DNA from: Octopus bimaculoides
Taxonomy: Eukaryota
Reading direction: 5' to 3'
DNA length: 57,334 nt
Assembly (NCBI RefSeq): GCF_001194135.2
Contig: NC_068989.1
Coordinates: 35,803,679-35,861,012 of the forward strand
The notes below the pieces were generated by a model. That model was given only the letters and a program-made list of their open reading frames with translations. It searched no databases and was not told the origin of the DNA. Below, in pieces: positions 50,517 to 57,334 of the stretch (position 1 is the stretch's first letter; each line of letters opens with the position of its first letter). Both the position numbers and the translations under genes were made by a program.

Positions 50517-51557
50517 NNNNNNNNNNNNNNNNNNNNNNNNNNNNNNNNNNNNNNNNNNNNNNNNNNNNNNNNNNNNNNNNNNNNNNNNNNNNNNNNNNNN
50601 NNNNNNNNNNNNNNNNNNNNNNNNNNNNNNNNNNNNNNNNNNNNNNNNNNNNNNNNNNNNNNNNNNNNNNNNNNNNNNNNNNNNNNNNNNNNNNNNNNNN
50701 NNNNNNNNNNNNNNNNNNNNNNNNNNNNNNNNNNNNNNNNNNNNNNNNNNNNNNNNNNNNNNNNNNNNNNNNNNNNNNNNNNNNNNNNNNNNNNNNNNNN
50801 NNNNNNNNNNNNNNNNNNNNNNNNNNNNNNNNNNNNNNNNNNNNNNNNNNNNNNNNNNNNNNNNNNNNNNNNNNNNNNNNNNNNNNNNNNNNNNNNNNNN
50901 NNNNNNNNNNNNNNNNNNNNNNNNNNNNNNNNNNNNNNNNNNNNNNNNNNNNNNNNNNNNNNNNNNNNNNNNNNNNNNNNNNNNNNNNNNNNNNNNNNNN
51001 NNNNNNNNNNNNNNNNNNNNNNNNNNNNNNNNNNNNNNNNNNNNNNNNNNNNNNNNNNNNNNNNNNNNNNNNNNNNNNNNNNNNNNNNNNNNNNNNNNNN
51101 NNNNNNNNNNNNNNNNNNNNNNNNNNNNNNNNNNNNNNNNNNNNNNNNNNNNNNNNNNNNNNNNNNNNNNNNGTGTGGTATGTTTGTTGAGTGTGATAAT
51201 GGTTGATTGTATTTGATGTTTGGTGTTATTGCTAAGAGATACAATGAATTTAGTTGGTGCTGCTGTGTCTATTGTTTTGGAGCCAGGTTTCTGGGTCATT
51301 TATATAGAGTTAGATTTGGCCTGTAGCTGTATCTGGAGAATAGCGGGAGGATGTGTAATGTTTGTTATATGAATATTGGCGGGTGTGGGAAGTTCGTGTA
51401 TTTGGCTGTCTGGATGTTGGAGATAGTAGAGTATCGTGTAAATACTAAGTTCAAAAGAGTGGACGACAGGACGGAATTCTTCTGTTGCTCCATTCTATAA
51501 ACTGGAAATTCTGTGGTTCTTCGCGCCATAAATAAACTTATCCACCAGCAGTTTATT

Positions 51558-51691
51558 AAAGTTAAGTTTAGGATTTAGGGTTTAAAGTTAAGGCTAGGTT
51601 AGGGTTTAGGGTTCGGGTTGAGGTTAGGGTTTAGGGTTAGGGTTAGGGTTTAGGATCAGAGGTTAGGTTTATGAGTTAGAGTTAGGGTTTT
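51558..51691 (+). repeat. One-sided degenerate telomere-like (TTAGGG/TTTAGGG)n tract; a smaller one lies at 22095-22145
   Basis: Direct reading; no inverted partner or TSD found. Confidence 0.8.
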
Positions 51692-51796
51692 GTAGTTGAG
51701 ATAATCATGTATTTTCTGCGTTAGGTTTGTGAGTTCAATGGTGGCTGAATGTAAAGATCTGACTGTGTTGTTATTTGGAGAGGGGGAATCTTCCGG

Positions 51797-53068
51797 TAAA
51801 GGTGCGCACCGTTAATCGAAAAGTTAACTTCGTTAATAGTTAATCCGTTAACCAAAAAGTTAACTTCGATAACCGTTAATCAGTTAATTCTTTTTAAAAA
51901 ATGTAACGGAAGTAATCGATAAACCGTTAACGTTAATTTTTATTATAGAAAAATGCAAAAAAATATCAGTTTTTGCTCTAAAACCACCTAAAAACACCTT
52001 TAAAAAGTGCCAAAACTATAGAATCAAGTCCTTTTTTAGCCTTTTAAAGGGCTTTAGTACCTCAAAACTATAGTTTTTTGGGGTTTTTTTTGTTTTAGAG
52101 TTTTAAAATGTTGATTTTATAGTTTTAGCCCTTGTTTTAGGTTTTAAAGGCTTTTAGAGACAGAAAAGGGTAAAAAAAACTCAAGTGAAACACAATATTA
52201 GTATTGAACTAAAAAAGGTTATTGATAAAGTGGCCGTAAAAATATAAAAATGAAAATGAAAAACACGATATATACATAATTTAATCTTTCCTCTTCTTCT
52301 CGTTCTCCATTTTGTTCATGAGATGCATGTTGCCCTTCATGAAAATTAGCATGTCAAAGTTTTCATCAGACAGGGATGATCTCTTGGCCATCAAGATGTC
52401 CTTGCCCATAGAGAACAAACGCTCCACTGCAACACTAGAGGGGATGGCTATGTTGAACTTGATGAACAAGACCACCAACATTTGCTCACCCAAGAAGGCA
52501 GCATTTGTCAGTAAGTCCTTAGAGTTGGTCTCCAACCAGGTCTTGACCAAATTCTGAACCTTGTCTTTGAGTGACCTGTGGCTCCTGCTGCTCTCTTTTG
52601 ACTGGGTAACACCAATGAAGAAATCCTTCAAGCTTTTCCTCCCCCTCCTCGTTGTTGCTGCCTCCACTGTTATTGCTCACTTCGTCAGACTGCTGCCTCA
52701 TGGCCTCTTCGACCTTACACTCCAAGCTTTTCCTCACCTTGGCGACCTTGGTGTTGTCATAATTAACCAACCAGATGAGGCGAAACCTGGAGTGGAAGGC
52801 AGCAGCCAGCTGGCATTCCTCATCCTCTAAGAGAGTCCTATACAATTTGTCGATGCCTGCCAAAAACGCGTCGACCAAGGGACTGCAGTAGACAAGGCCA
52901 CTGGACTTCAAGTCCTTGAGTCTAAAGATCGTCGCAGCAATTTGAGTTAACGGAAGTTAATTAATCCGATAATGATTTCCAAAGTTAGCTTAAAAATTAA
53001 ATCGTTAACGAAAGTGTTAACTTCGTTAATTAACAATTAACGGATTAACGGCTTGGTGCACAGGTTTG
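51797..53068 (-). mobile_element. Non-autonomous hAT internal-deletion derivative retaining the C-terminal transposase with the hATC dimerisation domain
   Basis: Imperfect TIRs CAAACCTGTGCACC / TAAAGGTGCGCACC and GTTAAC subterminal arrays at both ends. Frames 52935-52281 give AATIFRLKDLKSSGLVYCSPLVDAFLAGI..AAAFHSRFRLIW and FIKFNIAIPSSVAVERLFSMGKDILMAKRSSLSDENFDMLIFMKGN. No TSD seen. Confidence 0.9.
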
Positions 53069-53239
53069 TGTATAGGTCGGTGATATCTAAGATTGGCCTA
53101 TCTAGAAGATTTGAGTTTACATAGGCGGGTGAAACGTCTATAAGATGTTACTTAACTTGCGTTTTGGGCTTTGCCAAGTCTCCAGGTTTATAGCTGTTCA
53201 GTTTTATAGCTGAACATTGACTAGATTGCTTTTTGGTTA

Positions 53240-53340
53240 TCGTTCCGGTTTTCTGTGCTCGCAGTTCAAATTTCACCGAGGTTAATTTTGCCTATCGTAC
53301 TTTCGAGTTGATAAAATACCAGTCCGGTATTGAGGTCGAG
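53240..53340 (+). mobile_element. Degenerate SINE family B fragment
   Basis: GCAGTTCAAATTTCACCGAGGTTAATTTTGCCTATCGTACTTTCGAGTTGATAAAATACCAG. Confidence 0.6.
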
Positions 53341-55410
53341 TCTTCTCTTCTTCTCACATTGTCAATCTATTTCTATGTCTCTTTGTCTCTTCTGGAAGAA
53401 ATCAGTCAAATCTGGAGAAGGTAAGCTACACCAGGGATAAAATACTGCCCAAGACATGCCATATGTCCATTAAGGATTTATGGGCCTATGGCTTTACATG
53501 ACGGCATCAAGAAAAGGGTCGGAGCGATGGCATGCAAGGTGCACTCAGTTAGAGAGCAGCAATTTCTGTTCTTCTGCACGTATCATTAATGGGGTAAATC
53601 CGCAAACAGCTCCTAGGGCAAACAAAGCAGTTTGCGCTGCTGTAAACGAGGCTTTCCTTGCTTCGTTAACCCAGGAATAACTGCTTATTCATGGGTTAAC
53701 GAAGCTGCTCCTGCCGCAGGTATACCTGGGCTAACGGAGCTGTTCATACTGCAGTTAATCTTGAACTAATGAAGTTGTATATATTACAGCTATTCTGGTG
53801 CTAAGGAAGCTGCCCTTGCTACAGCTATTCTTAGACAAACAAAGCTGTTTATGGTGCAGCCATGACCATTTCGTCTTTTTTTCTTTCTTTTGGTGTGTAT
53901 GTGTGTGTGTGGGGGGGGGGTGTAAGACTACATTAACTAATGAGCCCTGACTAAAATACATCCAAGCCGTACAAAATGTTCAGTGCTACTTCACAATCCT
54001 TTGATCGCTCCCTCGCACTCCCATCGTCATGGCGAGAACCACAGCAGTTTTTAGCTATTTTTTGTTTTGTTTTCTTTTTTCTCACTTTTTTCTCTCCATA
54101 CAACACAGACACTCCTTGTGTCTCTTTTAATATACTCCCTATAAGGTACTCTGTTTATTAAACTCCTTTTTCACATATGACAATATGCTGAGCTTCTGAT
54201 TATGATCAAACAAAGACTTGAAAGGTGGCGCTGGAGATTCCATGCTATCAAAAATATATACCTTAACTTGTACTCTGTACTCTCCTTTTTTTGCTTCTTT
54301 CAAGCCGGTCGTGTCAGATTTGAGGGCGATTTAGCTGTTATCTCTAGCAGGTCGTGTGACCACATAGAGGTACTCTCGTTGGCTCATCATGTCAGTGTAG
54401 CTTTCTTGGGTGTCAGAGATAAGTTTCGATTGAATGAAGTAATTGTGATGGTTGGCCCGTGCGTAGTGATGTGTTTTGTTGGGTTGAAAGTTCTTGTGAT
54501 GTCTACACCGAAACGGGTAAGTGAAGAATGTATGTATGTAAGTGTGTGTCTGTGTATGTGTGTGTCTATGTGTGCGCGCGCTTAAATGTGTGAGTGTGAT
54601 TTTGTGTGCAAATGAGTGTGTATGTGTATGTGAGTGGTGTGTGTACGCGCAATATACATGCGCTGTAGATGTGACAAGCTACTGGCAAACCATACGATTC
54701 CTATCTGAACCATTCCAATTAATTCTTTCCTTGTAATTTGTCCCCCTCCCCCTTTTCTCTCTCCTCTCTCTCCCTCTCCCCTAATCTCTATCCTCTCTGC
54801 TCCTTCTTCGTCTTCTTAAGATTTCTTGGAATGTGGCACCAATGAAACCAAAGTCCTACCATTCGGTAATTCCACAATGCTTTACTGTTTTCATGCCGAT
54901 GTACTTAGTTCCTCGATTCTGTCAATGTAGCCCTGCATTAGTAACTTAAATTGATAGCTTCCGTTACAGCATTCCATACAGAATGATATAGCGGGAAATT
55001 AGTCACTTAAATTTATATCTTCCCTTATTGTCTTCCATACAGAAATAATGTAATGTGTTGAGCCAGAAAAGTTCAGTTAATCAATTCTCTGGTCACACTG
55101 ATGAAAGATTAACGTTAGTTTAATGTTTAAATCTTTTCAAGACATGCAGGGGCAGTAACTCTATCGTCTAACTAAACAAAACTCTATATTTTAAATATCT
55201 ACCACTGATATGCCATTATAATAATTAAAATTGGAGATAAGTATGTAATGAGGGGTAAAAAAAAAGCATTATAGCTAATATCAAATAAATCTGGTCTTTG
55301 GTTTAAAAGGGAAGACCAACTCCAGAAATGTTTTGGTTTTATTGGACCTCATCGGAGGAGCATAGTTTTTACCTTATTTGCCAAATCTGTAATAAAAGAA
55401 TTGTGAGAAG

Positions 55411-55655
55411 ATGCGTGGTTAAGTAGACAGGGTATTTGATTCACAATCTTACGGCCGCGAGTTCGATTTCTGTCGGCGCGTTGTGTCCTTGAACAAGACG
55501 CTTTGTTTCACGTTGATCCAGTCTAATCAGTTGGCATCAATGAGTAGCACCAGTGTTTCAAAGAGCCAGCCTTATCACATTCTGTCACGTTGAATCTCCC
55601 TGAGAATTATGTTAAGTGTATGCGTGTCTGTGGAGTGCTCAGTCACTTGCGTAAT
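55411..55655 (+). mobile_element. tRNA-derived SINE sharing its 3' tail with family C but with a different head
   Basis: B-box-like GAGTTCGATTTC, central TGTGTCCTTGAACAAGACGC, tail CCAGCCTTATCACATTCTGTCACGTTGAATCTCCC..GTCTGTGGAGTGCTCAG as at 50416-50500. Confidence 0.75.
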
Positions 55656-55689
55656 CGACAGAGTGCCAGCCAAATAAAAGAATTATTGT

Positions 55690-55893
55690 TTTCTACTCTA
55701 GGCACAACGCCCGAATTTTTGGGGGGAGGTGGGCCAGTCGATTAGATTGACCCCAGTACACAACTGGTGCTTAATTAATTGACCCCGAAAGGATGAAAGG
55801 CAAAGTCGACCTCGGCGGAATTTGAACTCAGAACATGAAGACAGACGAAATATCGCTAAGCTTTTCGCCCGGCGTGCTAACATTTCTGCTAGT
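55690..55893 (-). mobile_element. SINE family B
   Basis: Close reverse-complement match to 9224-9442. Confidence 0.88.
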
Positions 55894-57085
55894 TTAAAAG
55901 AATTATTTATATGTATGAAATGAACATTAGTAGTAGATGTAACAGCAAAAAATAGTTGAGTAACATGGATCAATACTATTCTCTAGCAACCTCTACCATG
56001 TTCTATAGCAGTCATGGGTCAACTGCGGCCTGCAGGACTTTGTGAATGATAGGCCAACGAAAAGTTACCCTAAATTTTTTTGCTAGCGCGTTTCGCCTGA
56101 TGATGAGTCATATCTTATGCGACCCGCTTCTCGAAAAATGTTACTTTTGTCTGCTCTATAAAATAGAAGTTAGATAACATTCCACGCTAGAGGTGGACTC
56201 CAACAAAAAATCACAGGCATTGTACTTCTTTCGGCGACATAATCATGATTTTCCAACTCCAGTAGACTCAACAGAGCTGACCACCATACATAGTAAATTT
56301 ATTCAAATTAATACCCAGCTGCGTGGGATAAATAAATATTTATCCTTCTTTTTCTCTTATTTTATTCGTACCATGATTGTTTTGTATGACGAATTATTAT
56401 GAACAAAGACTTGCTTTGTTCTCGGTTTGCAATAATTTATCCATTTAAACTGGATTTATTATAAACTCGCTGTCAACTAGTATCAGTAAGATGTTATCGA
56501 GATTTAATTTATATCATTATTTTTATTACTTTTTAAACATCGTTAGTAATGTTTATCAATAAAATGGTATGCCTCTATGTGATCGTTCAAACTGCTTGAA
56601 ATAGCAGCTAAATCTCACTGCAATGATACCTTATCGCTTTTAAAGAAAACATACATTGTGGCTTGGGACAGCATAAACCTAAGATACACTTTCAGAAATC
56701 CCCCCCCCCCAACAAAAACATGGAATAATCACAGCTGGAACGCCTTTGGTCTGCTCAAGCAGAGATAAATTGAGGTTAAACAATTACAAGAACCAGAGGT
56801 TTTAGACAAAAAAAAGATTGTGTTGCGTTTCTCATTTATCAAATGAAATAACTTGATAAACAGTAACTCATTGAGAAGCAGCAGTTCATCAAGTAGATTG
56901 ATTCAGTTGTGGATGAAGCATAGATCTTCCACTGGATACCCACCACGGATTCTATACCTAGAAAAACCGGTACTTATTTATAATGACAGTGATATCCATC
57001 CATCCATCCGTCCGTCCGTCCGTCCGTCCAGGCATGCATACATACATACGTACACATATACATACATGCATATATACATACATGT

Positions 57086-57117
<32 letters not shown>

Positions 57118-57118
<1 letters not shown>

Positions 57119-57334
57119 GAGGTGCAATGGCCCAGTGGTTACGACCGCGATCCTACGACTCGCGGCCGTAGGATCGCGGTTTCGATTCCCAGACCGGGCA
57201 TTGTGAGTGTTTATTGAGCGGAAACACCTAAAACTCTACGAGACTCTGGCAGGGGGTGGCAGGTGGCGAACTCTGGTGGCAGGAGGCTCTGGCAGGCTCT
57301 GGCAGGTGGCGAACCCCGCTGTATTCTTTCACCA
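57118..57334 (+). mobile_element. SINE family C with internal GGCAGG tandem expansion, truncated by window end
   Basis: Matches 50201-50360; extra GGCAGGTGGCGAAC / GGCAGGAGGCTCT units at 57248-57314. Confidence 0.85.

Larger units (their letters stand above)
5209..51172. other. Assembly gaps (N runs) at 5209-5218, 8772-9069, 15781-16353, 24987-25086, 38658-39078, 41391-41946, 43360-43603, 50517-51172
   Basis: Direct reading; most abut TA/CA microsatellites or SINEs. Confidence 1.

Noticed and set aside
8618-51299. Long ORFs containing X runs and YIYI/THTH/YLSI repeats
   Set aside because: Artefacts of N gaps and of (TA)n, (CA)n and (TATC)n microsatellites.
56009-56190. hAT-like MITE start CAGTCATGGGTCAACTGCGGCC
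   Set aside because: Matching right TIR and TSD not found.

Overview
AT-rich, microsatellite- and transposon-dense animal genomic DNA from a draft assembly (eight N gaps). The repeat families resemble those of Octopus, so a coleoid cephalopod is the likely source; this is inferred from repeat recognition, not proven. Only one host-gene exon is supportable: the first coding exon of a laminin alpha chain (alpha-3/5 or Drosophila LanA type, signal peptide plus first part of the LN domain) at 33993-34415 on the minus strand. No later laminin exon was found, so 1-33992 is probably one intron of at least 34 kb. The rest is decayed mobile DNA: Tc1, mariner, maT-like, Tigger/pogo, Charlie-type and BED-finger hAT transposons, an RTE-type LINE fragment, and many copies of at least three tRNA-derived SINE families. 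The most unusual signal is a set of four palindromic foldback/MITE elements (57-877 bp). Each carries TTAGGG-like repeats (G-strand and C-strand facing each other in the three larger ones), has a 7-9 bp target-site duplication, and sits inside a SINE body. Other leads are a degenerate Penelope-type hammerhead core, two GC-rich hAT pieces that may be horizontal transfers, and an unexplained multibranch hairpin at 53605-53745. Most ORFs in the supplied track are artefacts of microsatellites, gaps or repeats. TE boundaries without a TIR or TSD are approximate.
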